DNA from: Octopus sinensis
Lineage: Eukaryota
Assembly: GCF_006345805.1 (NCBI RefSeq)
Contig: NC_043004.1
Span: forward strand, 105,152,001 to 105,216,000
Direction: 5' to 3'
Length of the DNA: 64,000 nucleotides
Below are positions 24,317 to 37,790 of the stretch, piece by piece (position 1 is the first letter of the stretch; each line of letters opens with the position of its first letter). Under the pieces are notes generated by a model that saw only the letters and a program-made list of their open reading frames with translations, did no database searches and had not been told where the DNA came from. The position numbers and the translations under genes are program-made.

Positions 24317-25639
24317 ATTAACTAAATAGATAAATAAATAATTAACTATCTCAGAAACTGATTTCTGCAAAATGTCACAAATGTTCGTTTAAAGAGAGCT
24401 ATGAGGGAACAAAGTGGGGATGGAGAAATGGAGAATGATCCGGAACTCCCTCCACCACACACATAGAAAGAAGTTTTAATTTTAGCAATAGAATCGAACG
24501 CAATTTACATACTCGAAAACGTATCTCCTCAAGATTTCATTGAAAAACCATGCATTTTCACAGAAAGTCGTGAACGAAATGAGCATCAAAATGCTGATAT
24601 ACCGAAATAAAAAAATTAAATCTCATTAAAATAAAAGAAACAGTTTGAATACACACATTTTGTTGTATAATTTTTCTATATTTAAGATTAAATGCTTAAT
24701 CTTTAAGAAAGCGTTCACTCATAATTCATAAACATCGTTAGAGTTGATTGATTTCAAGGCGCTCCTCATCGACTAGGTTTATGATCAAAGACATTCTAAC
24801 TACTATCATCTCAACTTCTTTTTTCGGGTTTTGAGAATCCCTATATTATGCAATATGTCCCCACAGGTTTTTCTTTTCCAGAGGTAGTTCGTTGTGATTC
24901 AAAGATTTAGCTGCTATTTTTAGTGGATCGAACGACCACATAGAGACACTCTTAGCGAATAACCCCGGACATGGTTGAATTGATTTGCCGCTGTCTTAGA
25001 TTTTACTGAAGAATTTATTTCAGAATTTTTTTTCGCTTTCGTTACTTTAAATCGATGTATTACCTACCGTTCAGTCAACAAATGATTCGAAGGCTATGGT
25101 GTCGCGTATATAGTCTTACACATGCATAGTGAAATAGAGTTTACCTGGAAAATTCAGCAAGTAATAAAAAAAAAAAAAGAAATTCTTGAGATGCCGGTAA
25201 AGAATGCGAAGTATTGCAGCACGCGACGGTGCTCTGAGAGGAACAAAAGAAGGTAGAAGATTAGAAGGATATATACTATTGGAGTGAGACTTAATACAGA
25301 AAGTAATCATTAGAAATCTATGTTTTAAAATCTAGCTGTTGCAAGAAGGACGATGATTTAAAAGAAGAGAGATTAGAAACTCGTCTTGAAAAGACGGTTT
25401 GGGGTATTTAGTTTCCATGCTTCATTGAAGGCGGAATTCTGTTCGGCAAAGATGGTTCGGTTACTCATTTGATTTTATAATTCTTCTTCGCATCTCTGGT
25501 GTACTAGAAAAAGGAATAATGCCGAAAAAAATAAAAAAGGGAAAGGGTGTTTGTTGTTAAAGCTTCAAGTGACTAAGGTGAGTAGTCGGGTTTCGATCAG
25601 AGGTAGCTGTGAGGCGAATGAAAGAGAAGCACAAGAAAT

Positions 25640-25694
25640 AAGTAGAGAGATAGAGAGAGAGAAAAAAAGAGAGAGAGATAGAGATAGAGAGATA

Positions 25695-25728
<34 letters not shown>

Positions 25729-26075
25729 AAAGGTGAAATTCAAAATAAAAAAGGGTGAGAGAGAGAGAGAGAGAAAAAAAGCGAGAGAGAAAGGGAGTGA
25801 GAGAAAAGGGAGAGAGAGAAAAGGTGAAATTCAAAATAAAAAAGGGTGAGAGAGAGAGAGAGAGAAAGCGAGAGAGAGAGAGAGGGAGAAAGGGAGTGAG
25901 AGAAAAGGTGAAATTCAAAATAAAAAAGGGTGAGAGAGAGAGAAAGCGAGAGAGAGAGAGAAAGGGAGTGAGAGAAAAGGTGAAATTCAAAATAAAAAAG
26001 GGTGAGAGAAAGAAAGAGAAAGGGAGTGAGAGAAAGAAGAGAAAAGGGAGAGATAAAGAGACAAGGGAGAGAGAG
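25640..26075. repeat. GA-rich minisatellite, 4 units anchored by AAAAGGTGAAATTCAAAATAAAAAAGGGTGAGAG
   Basis: Anchor at about 25728, 25818, 25904 and 25975, separated by (GA)n of variable length. Confidence 0.9.
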
Positions 26076-26991
26076 AAAGAGTTGTGGAGTGAGCGTTGTG
26101 CCTCCTGTCGACAAGAGAAGTAAGGGTGGTAACCAATACCGACGACCATCTCTCTCTCTCTCTCTCTAGCACCACCACCACCACCGCAAGCCTTTTGGAT
26201 GCTACCCCAGCACTCACGGCTCTTTTAGACATTTTCATACCAAGCTCCGTAGAACTATTCAACCATTAACCATTTTCGGAAGATGTCGAGTAGAGCAAGT
26301 TATTTCACTTAGATATTCTAATGTTTTCTCTAATCAACGGTTCTACTCGAAATCTCAACGACAACTTAAGAAGGAGCCATGGCTTTTATATTTATTAATT
26401 TTTTTTTCGACTGAATGGCAGAAATGTAAGTAAATACCCCATCCTATATATCTTACTATTCTTTTTTTTTTATGATTTAAGAGCTCTGTTGCATATTTTC
26501 TTGCTAAAAGTCTTATTTCAGTTTGATTTTTGTCTCCAGTTCAGTTGTAGTAACTGGTGTCAGAATTACACCAATAAAGAAAAAAAAAGGGTAGACATGT
26601 AGATATTTGTTGAATTGAAAGAAAAAGAGTTGGCTTTGGCTGAAGTATATTCTCTGTATCGATCTTAGAACGAAATAATTGCAAGTCATGAGAAAGTCGT
26701 TCACAACCAACAGGGTGAAATAGAATAGGGAGTTATTGAAGATAGGAGTGGCAGATATTTTCGAGGGAGCACCTTGTAATCATTTCATTCATTTCCAGTG
26801 AAACACACACACACACACGCACTCGGCTATGTAATTTTAATGACTCGCTATTTTCCCCTTAATACATATGGAGAGATATATTTCTCTGCATTATTATGTT
26901 TGTAGGTGAAAAGATTGTTGTTTAGCTCCAAGTCAGCCTTCAGAGAACAACAGACTTGTGATAAACGGTATTCCAGTTTTAACCATCTCAT

Positions 26992-27032
<41 letters not shown>

Positions 27033-29670
27033 AATATATATATGTATGTATATAGACACGTTGTCTGATCTGTATCTTTCACGATTAGTTGGAAATTAGG
27101 ATGTGATTTAAGCGAATTTAGCTGCTGTCTCTAGTGAATCGATCGACCACGCTTTCCTGTTGGCCTGGTGGGGGGGGGTATATATTTGCTTGATTCTTGG
27201 TCCTGTTTGATCCCATGGTTGTGTTAGTGGAGGACCTTCGCTAACAATGATAAGATATAAATTAAACACTTGGTGAAGAATTTAGCGTGAATGTCCAATT
27301 ATTCTCTGATTGATTATTAATTAATTAAAAATACGAAAGCCGGGAAGTGATGAAGGTACTTTCACATCCTTAACTCTGTTGAAGAAACAATCAATTGTAT
27401 AATTGATGGTGAACTCTGAGAAAATCATTTCTTTCTCTTTCTACACGTAACACCTGTGATCAGTGAGTAAATGGGGCCAATATTCGCCGTGGGCGTTTAC
27501 AAAGGAGCTGCCTCAAGTAATGCATTTTATTCAGAGAAAAACCAGATAAAGAAGAGAGGAGCGGAAAAGAAAAAAAAAAAAAAGAATATATATTCAGTAA
27601 AAGCTGCTTATTATGATCACGCAATGTTATCAAACAGTTATTGTTAGCAAAATCAATAGGCCCCGAACTCGCTCAGGACATTAAATCTACTTTATTTTTA
27701 CCAGCCGGTTATTGTTATATGAAAAGGCTCTCTCTACATGATTATCTTAGCGGCTTTACTGTGTATATATAATAACCCCTCTTCTGTACTAAAGACATAA
27801 CGTTCGGATAAGTGGGGGGGGGGGGCACTTTCAAGTATTACACGCTTCACTACAGATGAGAGTATTTGAAATAATATTTTTTTGTTTTCTAATTCTATAT
27901 AAGAAGTGATTAATAGATATTATATTGTTTATATAGATATGCTGACCGGTAAAAAAAATTCCCCCCCGCCTAATAAACACTAAAACTATACTAGTTGTGC
28001 TCTTCAATCTTGATAAATAAGTTTATACTTTATACAATATTTAGAAATATTGTATCTAATGTGTGTGCAGGGGGCAAAATGAACTCGAGAAAATCATTCT
28101 AAAATATCCTTTAAAGCAACTCCACTACACCCCCTTCTCCAATATAAACTCACCAACAAAGCTAACGATTAAAAATAGAATATTCTGCGTGATAATATTA
28201 ATTGATAATGACAATCAGTTATTAATTTCACCAAATTTTGCATTAAAAAAAAATTTATTTCGTCATTTAATCATAGGAAAAAGTCTGAGGTATACGTCGA
28301 AAAAATGCCATGCTTTTTACTCATAATCGGCGTAATATTGATCCAGCTGTTTATTACTATAAATATGTTCCACTTGATAGTCCCTAAAATTTCTTCAAAC
28401 TAGGTCGTGTGCGTATATATATATATTTGTATGTGTGTATGTTTCCCTAGGGTGTATGAGTGCATGTAATTTATTTGGTGGTCTTTGAGTTTAGCGTCAT
28501 TTTTTTTATTACATCACATAATCAAATAAAAGATACGGTGAAGTCGTTCCAGTTACACAGCTTCATTGGTTCTGCTTCGATTTCGCGGAATCCGTCAAAG
28601 TCCTCACTTCCTATTTTACCATCTACTTTAATATGAAAATTCTCATGTCTGTATAGGAATTCATATGGCATGCTTCTTTCTAGGATATCGACCGGCTTGC
28701 TTCGATGTCGGCTCTATAATCGCCACTCTACAAATATTGATGTTATATACCAGGCCTTAAAAGTAATCATAATTCAGTAAATAGCATTGTTTCTCCCGTG
28801 AATGGAATAAATGTAATTCATCTGTAGTGAAGAATGTATTTCGCGTAATGATTAGCAAATTTGGTTACTTGGTTAATACGTATTGTTTGCTGTTTCTATT
28901 TCGCTGATAGTTCGCAAACTTCACAAATTATTAAGCCATACAATCTTTGATGGTTCCTCATGATGGTCACATATGTATAAAATAATCAAAACCCGTATTC
29001 TAAAGGCTAGGCTTTTCCCTCAGTTCTGAACAGCTGCTTACCTGCTACAAGTCATAAGTGTATCCCATGTTAGAGTACTATTCCTATATCTGGAATCGAG
29101 CAGCTGTTACACGAATATTCTTGCCTGCACTGCCCCACCTCCGCCTTAAAAATGAGGCCATCTCGCTACAATCTCCAGCGTACCGACGCCTTCTATACTC
29201 AATGTCTTCTGCCGCAACTACAGTGGATCTTACTACTCTCGGGCATGTTAGTTGTGTACCACCACCCTCAAGCCCACCCGATTCCACCCGGCTTTCTCCT
29301 GTGTTATTTTACACCATCAAAAATCTACACTAATCACTTTCCTCAATCCTATATATAAAAATAAAAAACAACAGCAAAAAACCCCATTACTGGTCCTTAC
29401 TCGCTGTCTATGGTTTGCCCTAATCAAGGCACATGCTTATATAATCAAGGCAATTCATTTGTGACCATGCCATCTTTTTTTTTTTTTCCAAATATATATC
29501 TAAATTACATTATAATATAGGGTCCTTCCCTTAAAACACTAGTATTTGAGGGAGATTGCTACTATTTTTAACAATTTTAGTACATACATGAAAGCTGAAG
29601 CTGAATATCACATCAATATTACCAGTTAGGAATGCTCCCTAATGCCTATCTCTCTGCCTCGTCTGATATA

Positions 29671-29716
<46 letters not shown>

Positions 29717-29829
29717 ATATATATGGGTGTTTGTGTGATAGTCAGCAGGATGTTATCTTTTTTCCTGTTGCACAAAGTCTGCATTTTCCCTGTTTTATGG
29801 TTTTCATCTTTCAAGGACCTTCCATTTGA

Positions 29830-30760
29830 TACTGTAGTCAATGTTCTGGTATGTTTCTTGTTGCTAAGCCTAAACAAATGATCCACTGATCCACACCTGT
29901 AATATCTTTCCCTGAAACCACACCTGCTTGACTGGTCTTCTCAATTGCTTGATTTGGCATGGTTGAGGTAACTTCAGTTTCATGTGAATCCATCTCTAAA
30001 GTTACCCTTTCCTAATGTCTCTGAATCAGCTGATAATTAGAAAGTTGGAAAAACTAGAGCTAGGTTCACCATATTTCAATATCTTAGATGTCTGCTTCTT
30101 GATATCTAGACTCCTGTTGGGTAAAGCCAATGAATTCACCATAGATATATTAGCATTGATGAATTGGATATTAAAATATTCATGCATAAATGTAAAACCC
30201 TACTTTTTCAATTTAGACTTGACCTGCATCAAGAAATCTAAATCTACCGATCTATTTGATCTCTTATTACAGTACTGACATATGTTATCTAAATAGACAT
30301 ACATAAAACTAAATTTTTTTAATGATATTGGATTGTACCAAGATGAAGGCTTAGACTTAATATATAACTGCAATGGCCACAAACTTGGTTCTTTTAAGAA
30401 AAATTTATAACTGCTTTCAACAGCGTAGAGCTTAAATTGCTGTAGTTAACTTAGTTAAGTTTGATCTTTTAGATGTATTCTTATATCTAGAATCTAAGCC
30501 CTTTCATAAATCATAGACTCATAAATAAGCAGTCCTGCCATCCCTCCCCACTGTATTTAGAAACCTCATATCTTATATAAGAGAATTTCTAGCCTTTTCT
30601 CTTAGATATTTTCAATAAAGCAGGAGGGAAATTTAAGCTAACAACCCTCAGCTATAATACATATTCTGATTTTAAAAACTCAGCAAACTATTTAAAATCT
30701 AGAAAAGAGCTATACAATAGGTGTCCACAAACAGTTAAATTTATACTAACCTATTGGAAA
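29830..30760 (-). mobile_element. heavily decayed gag-like fragment with zinc-knuckle remnant
   Basis: The minus strand reads RYYRCGSVDHLFRL at about 29870-29915 (CX2CX4HX4C-like). The rest is riddled with stops. Confidence 0.4.
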
Positions 30761-32514
30761 AATTCCATCATTACTGAGTTAGCTCCATTCCTTTCCTTGG
30801 ATCCTGTTCCCTCCTCCACCATGTCTTTGTGCATTTTTCTTTTACCTTTCTATTCTTCTACACTCCCCAACACTTATAAAACAACTATCCATGCCAGTAA
30901 CCTCTTAGTACTATGCTGATGTGAACACACAAGGTCATACATTTTGATGCAGATATCTATGTGAGTATGGGTGTGTGTATCCTTCTACTTCATTTACCTG
31001 TACTTCAGTTATATAGACATGCTACTTGATATTACAAGGGACTTAATCTGAACCTTTGAATACCTGAAATTCCACCCCTCACATTTACTTTGATTATTTT
31101 TTTTAATTAATTCTCATAGTTTATCATTTCATCTTGAAAGTCACCAGCAGCCATTGGGATTTTCAACCTCAAGAATGCAGATGTAGTTATAAACTCTTTG
31201 TTTAACCAAAATGTAGCCAGCTTTCTTCAGAAAGGAAGCTAGAATTGTTGCTAATGACCAATTAAGACTCCTTAATTACTGTGTAATAACCACTTTTGTA
31301 GAGATTGAATGTTTTCTGTCGAATTTTATTCAAACAACACTATACATGGTAACTTCATGATAGCTTCTAAGTTAAATACAATTGTTGAAAATTTCACAAT
31401 AAGGATCACCTCCAAGAAATTTTTTACTCTCTTTCTTGGAAACTTTTTTGAAGTTTGCTGTTTTAGCATCATAAATTACCATTTTACAGAAGGAGTCTTT
31501 CAAAGTTTACATTAAAAAAAAGTTTTTTTGCCTACATTTCTCTATTTCAGGCTATACAACTAGCCCTAACATTTCCGTTTTTGACTTTTTTAAACGTTTT
31601 TTGTCGGAGTTATATTTCAAATTTGGTACATTTCAATTCTTAAAAAAAATAATTAAACAAATAAAATAAAATAGATAAATTTCTTTAAAAATTGATTTAA
31701 AAAAAATTTTTTTTTACAAAAATAAATAAATAAAATGTTATGAAATAGCGTGGGTTGATATTCTGAAACTGGTGCGAATGTGTTTGGCCACGTTGGCCAT
31801 GATCACATTTCTTCTCTGAGTCCCCCACCTCCGAAAAGCAACAACAACAAAGAAAAAAGGTAATGCTCATGAATTTTGCAATCGCCATAGTAACAATTGA
31901 AATGGCAACAACCAGGAATTGAAACCGGTTCATTGGATTAGGTTCGCTCGATATTCCGTGATATAATATTGGTGAATGTGGTAAATTGATAATGTAGATT
32001 TTTGTGTGTATGTCTGCTTTTGCAAATATGTGTTTATACGAAACGTTAGACTGCACTTCAAAGACTGTGTGTGTTTAGGTGTGCGTGCGTGTATCTACGT
32101 GTGTGTGTGTGTGTGTGTTTAGGTGCATGCGTGTATCTACGTGTATGTGTGTGTTTAGGTGTATCAATACTCTATGAATGCGTGTATTGTTTACTCCCAG
32201 GTCAGCTCTGATCAGGCAAAACCATGATCAAATTCAGCCTGAAGCGTTTTTTTTTTGTTTTTTTTATTTAGGTACAAATATATCTAGGAATACATCCAAT
32301 CTGTTTCTTTTCTAAGACGGCCAGATGTGGCTGAAGGAAATTTTGCTGTTATTTCTAGCTACTCGAGCGGCCACGTTGAGGCTTCATCTCGGTTTCGAGA
32401 AAATGTATGTGTGTGTGTGTGTGCCTGTTTTGTGTGCCTATATATTTTGTATGATATTTAGGTTCGTTTGAGTTTTGAACCTATAATATGTCTAAAATAT
32501 GTGCATATATTTAC

Positions 32515-32880
32515 TCTCGGTTTCTTTCTTTCTTTCACCCCCTCCTCACGGTTACATAGATACCCAGATGTATGTGCTCCAGTGCGTACTCCCAAATATG
32601 AGGTTAACTAAGCTATAAAAGTGAGCAGATGTATTCTCCACCGCCTCCTCCTTATTCTTGTAAACCCGGGCGTCCGTCCCTATTGCCGCTCGTACACCAT
32701 TTAATAATTACAGGAGTTTCAGAGTAAGCCCTGTGTGTGTGAATGGCAGCATCATACGGTCTAGTTAGCAGAGGACAATTATGTACACCAAAAATTATTA
32801 AAGAAAAGCTACAAAACGCTCCGATCGCTCGCTCCGAACTGCGATGAAACTGAAAAGCCGGCCGGAATGGCCCAGCCATA
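32515..32880 (-). other. candidate non-coding first exon of a leftward transcript
   Basis: CpG-rich unique sequence starting near CAGTTCGGAGCGAGCGATCGG and ending at donor AGA|GTAAAT (32514). Confidence 0.35.
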
Positions 32881-34200
32881 TTTTTACAAATACGGCGCCG
32901 TTGCCTGGAATGGTCGCAGTGAAGCGGAGGCGTGAACCAATCGTTGGCTTACAATTGTTAAGTAGGGAAGAAATAGAATAAATAAATGAATTGCAGTCGG
33001 TCTCATCAGCTTCTGCGATATCCATTGATCAGTCGATAAGACTAGAGAAATTTTGTTCAATGACAGTGCGTGTGTGTGGGTGGGGGTGGAATAGCAATTA
33101 GTAGGAGAGAGAGAGAGATTAAGATGTAATCCGTTCTGCAAGTCTTATGTTGTGGGCGCTGAGGTAGTTTCTCCGTTGTCGCTCGAACTGCTAGAAATAG
33201 CAACTGAAATGGCTGTGGTTGTTACGATGTTCGGCGATTCGCTCTGCAAGTATTTGTTTCTAGGTTGGAGGATCTTATTTAATGGCACCCAAGGCAAATG
33301 TCTTCTACCTCGAGTAGCCTCCGATTGACTGGTTGCCGAAAATTGTGCAGAAGCCAATTTGTGTGTGTGTGGTGTGTGTGTGTGCATGGAGAGAAGAGAG
33401 TTTTTGAATAGAAATTCGGCGAGATGGAAGGCAGTTGCTATCAGACCCAGGATGGGTGTGAGAGTCTTTCGAAATTCAAAGGAGCTGTTTTAAGGGGTCT
33501 CCAACATATAGATATTCATGTTTCTTCAGGCTCCGTGCTGATGTATCATCTGAACGGTACTGAACCAGCCTCGCGCTGTTCTTGTGTGTATGCATGTAAA
33601 AAAAAATCACCCCCGCAAAAAACAACAACAACAACAATAAAAAAACCCCTCAATCAAACGAAAACCTATTGCTTACAAACGAAGTCCCTAGAGATATTTG
33701 TTCTGCAGCGACTTACAGACACTCGCCGTGAGAACTGTAGTGAACCAATAGTTGTCTCCGAGAATTTGTAACCAACGATAGTATTGCTCACTAGTTGCGA
33801 TCTTAATGAAATAAAACACACCCAACCGTCTTTTTTTTTTTTTTTAAATAAGTGGCTATATCAGATAATTATATTTTAGATATACTATATCTGGTTCGGG
33901 GGAAAATGCTCGTGGTTGAAACAACCTTGATAACGTCTGCTCAAGTAGTGAGGAATTGGTGGGAAAGAACAGCCTAAAAACAATGACAAGCCATTGAAGA
34001 AGCCTTTCCCTGGTTATTTGATCTGCTAAAAGTAGCAACCAAATCTCGCTTAGATCACACTTTAACCACCTTAATGAAAGGTGGACACTTTGAATTGTGT
34101 AACACTCGATACACTGTGGCGGGGGAAAAGATGAGACGGTCGCGTCTGGGACGTCCTTGACCATAAGTTTGCTGACTTGGTGATGACTTTATTAATAACC
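32640..34200. promoter_or_regulatory. CpG-rich, TE-free island; probable bidirectional promoter and 5' UTRs
   Basis: Visibly high CpG density, no SINEs, CCAAT at 32937-32941, GC-rich motifs, and outward-facing donor sites at 32514(-) and 34384(+). Confidence 0.6.
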
Positions 34201-35202
34201 GATCATGCTTCTTTTTTCTAATCCTTCTTTTTCTCACTTTCACTCATGTTTATCTTTTTAATCCCTTTCTCTTTCTATCTGTCTGTTTCTCTCTCTTTTG
34301 CAAGTGCTTACATTTTCCCACTCAATATTTTACCTTTTTTTTTTTTTTACCCTTTTCCATCTCTTAATCATCAGATTATAGAGGTGAGTTTTCAGTCAAT
34401 CAAATGCTGTGGGCTGGTTTCTCTTCTAAAGAGAAACTTTCACTTCACTTCATTTCCCTTACGTTGCTAATGGGCCCCAAAGAAGAATGAATGGATTGTA
34501 TGTTGCAAATGCCATTTCTCTCCTGCTGCAAATATATAGCTTTTATACCAGTGTAAGAAATCAATGATTTCTTTTCCTTTCATGGTGAGCTGAGTTGGTG
34601 ACACATTTTCAATTCTTTGTTGTTGCTGTTTTACTCTACATTCCTACTATTCCAAGAAAAGCTGTGTTTAAAGAACTTGCCTTGTAACCATGTGGTTTTT
34701 CAGATTTAATCCCATTGCTTGGTACCTTACCCTGGCCCAATCAATGTCTTGAGAGTAATTTTGGTAGATAGAAAATGGAAGCTTATCCTCTGTTTATGTG
34801 TGTGTGTTCCCCAACAGCTTGACCAGTGATGTTGGTTTGTTTGCATCCCATAACTTAGCAGTTCAGTGAAAGAGATCAGTAGATTAAATACCAGACTTTA
34901 CAAGAATATGCATTCTTTCGTTTTAACCCCCAAAATGTGAAAGAATGCCCAAAAAATAAGTACTGGTATTTGTCTAAATCCTTCTTAGCAATGTCCCATC
35001 ATAGCTGCTGGTCAATGACTAAAATAAATAAAAGATATATATAAGCGCAGGTGTGGCTGTGTGGTAAGCAGCTTGCTTCCCAACCACATGGTTCTGGTTC
35101 AATCCCATTGCGTGGCATCTTGGGCAGGTGTCTTCTACTATAGTTTCAGGCCAGACAAAGCCTTGTGAGTGGATTTGGTAGATGGAAACTGAAAGAAGCC
35201 TG

Positions 35203-35241
<39 letters not shown>

Positions 35242-35819
35242 CACACACACATACGTCTATATGTATTTGTGTGTCTGTGTTTGTCCCCTCACCATCACTT
35301 GACAACTGATGTTGGTGTGCTAACGTCCCCTTAACTTAGCGGTTCAGCAAAAGAGACCGATAGGATTAGTTCAACTAAAGGCAGTGCTCCAACATGGCCG
35401 CAGTCAAACGACTGAAAGAGTAAAAGAGTATATGTATACATACATATAAATCATCATTGTTTAATGTCTGTTTTCCATGCTGGCATGGGTGGGACGGTTT
35501 GACTGGGAGCTGTCTGGGCTCCAGTCATCTGTTGTGGCTTGATTTCTACAGCTGGATGCCCTTCCTAATGCCAACCACTTAGCAGAGTGTGCTGGTTGCT
35601 TTTTACTTGCCATTGTTTTAATAATGACTTTTCTATGCTTACATGAGCCAAGCAGGATTTGTTGTAGCAGATTTTTAATGGCTGGATGCCTTCCTTGTCA
35701 TCAACCCTCACCTATTTCCAAGTAAGGTAATATTTCCCCATGACCAGACATGTTTACACATGAAGAGATTGCAAGCGAGGGGAAACCACTTGTATGACAA
35801 TGGCTCATTATTACAACTA

Positions 35820-36146
35820 ATATGTCAGTGGCACGTAAAAAGCACCACCCGAATTGTGGCCGAAGCCAGTGCCGCCTCGACTGGCTTCCATGCCGGTGGC
35901 ACGTAAAATGCACCAATCCGACCGTGGCCGATGCCAGCCTCGCCTGGCACCAGTGCAGGTGGCACGTAAAAAGCACCCACTACACTCACGGAGTGGTTGG
36001 CGTTAGGAAGGGCATCCAGCTGTAGAAACATTGCCAGATAAGACTGGAGCCTGGTGCAGCCTTCTGGCTTCCCAGATCACCGGTCGAACTGTCCAACCCA
36101 TGCTAGCATGGAGAACGGACGTTAAACGATGATGATGATGATGATG
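35820..36146 (+). mobile_element. RTE-associated SINE/LINE 3' end with (GAT)n tail
   Basis: GGTTGGCGTTAGGAAGGGCATCCAGCTGTAGAAAC...GGACGTTAAACGATGATGATG. Minus-strand copies at about 35455-35620, 38460-38760 and 60035-60130; a plus copy at about 60500-60715. Confidence 0.75.
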
Positions 36147-36793
36147 TAATGTCAAGACACAAACACATGCCTCTCTCTCTCCCAACAGATCTCTCCCCCA
36201 TAACATATCTTCCTAACTTCTCTCCTTCCACCTCTGTTCACTCACTGCATTCTCCTCTGTTACCCTTCACTCCTTTCACATACTCGTGAACTTACCCTAT
36301 CCAATTCCTGTGTAATGTCTCACATGTATAGACCTTGTAATTTGAGGGTGTGTCCTAACATATTTTTTCCCTCTCAGCATTTTTTCTTTACCATTTTTTT
36401 CTTTCTCACCCCTCTCTTTCCAACTGGGGTAGCCATATTTTTTCTTTATTGCAAAACACCTGTTTCACTCCCTGTCAGACTCTAACCTCTGATCACCTGG
36501 CACAAAGCTACCTCAATTCTACTCCCCTTCAGTTGAGAGGTCTTGTTTTGCAAGTTACTTGGTAACTTTGCTGTTACTGGTCCTATGTAAAAAGCAATCT
36601 TGTACATACTATAAAGTGGTTGGTATTAAGAAGGGTATTCAGCTGTAGAAACCATGCTAAAACAGACTGTTAAATTTGGTGCAGTCTTCTGGCTTGCCAA
36701 CTCCTTTCAAACTGCTCAACCCATACTGGCTTGGAAGGCAAATGTTAATTGGGGTAGGTATATTTCACAAGGCTTTTTGTGGTTTTCATTATA

Positions 36794-37135
36794 GGAAGCT
36801 GAAAAGTTCCTGGCTTTGAGTAAAAGAAAATGCAAGAGAATCAGTTAATTATGATTTTATTCAACATATTCCCCTCTCAGATTCACATACTTATTGCAGC
36901 ATTTCTCAGGTTTTTGTAAGCCTTGTAAAAGGACTTGGAAGATTGGGCCTCCAACCAGGCCTTTTGCAATAGCCTTAAAGCGAGGAACTTTTCAGCACTC
37001 CACTCATATGTATTTTATAGAAAATAAATTTCAAATGCGAAATAGCTGTGAAAACAACTTAGAAAATTGGGTAAATACTTTTAGAAGGCAAGAAAAAGTT
37101 GCCTGTAGATGGCTAGAAATAATTGAACCCTGTAC
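36794..37135. mobile_element. mariner-derived non-autonomous fragment
   Basis: Starts with GCTGAAAAGTTCCTGGCT (mariner TIR-like), followed by TTTATTCAACATATTCCCC. Confidence 0.5.
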
Positions 37136-37147
37136 TTCTCAATTACC

Positions 37148-37150
37148 ATG

Positions 37151-37183
<33 letters not shown>

Positions 37184-37230
37184 CTGTGTGTGTATATATA
37201 TATATATGCGTGTGTGTGTCTGTGTGTGTG

Positions 37231-37299
<69 letters not shown>

Positions 37300-37433
37300 C
37301 TGTGTGTGTATATAATATGTGTGTGTGTGTGTCTGTGTGTGTATATATATATGTGTGTGTCTGTGTGTGTATATATATATGTGTGTGTGTGTGTCTGTTT
37401 GTGTATATATATGTGTGTGTGTCTGTGTGTGTG

Positions 37434-37466
<33 letters not shown>

Positions 37467-37671
37467 CTGTGTGTGTATATATATATATGTGTGTGTGTGT
37501 GTCTGTGTGTGCATATATATATATATGTGTGTGTGTGTGTCTGTGTGTATATATATATGTGTGTGTGTGTCTGTGTGTGTGTATATATATATATATATGT
37601 GTGTGTCTGTGTGTATATATATATATGTGTGTGTGTGTGTGTCTGTGTATATATATATATGTGTGTGTGTG

Positions 37672-37702
<31 letters not shown>

Positions 37703-37727
37703 ATATATATATGTGTGTGTGCGTGTG

Positions 37728-37762
<35 letters not shown>

Positions 37763-37790
37763 CTGTGTATATATATTCATATATATATAT
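37148..37790. repeat. ~640-bp alternating (TA)n/(TG)n compound satellite
   Basis: Direct reading. It generates the 307-aa and 229-aa spurious ORFs. Confidence 0.97.

Noticed and set aside
33424-33771. 115-aa ORF in the CpG island as a protein-coding gene
   Set aside because: It runs through low-complexity A/C tracts and has no recognisable domain. It is better explained as a leader ORF.
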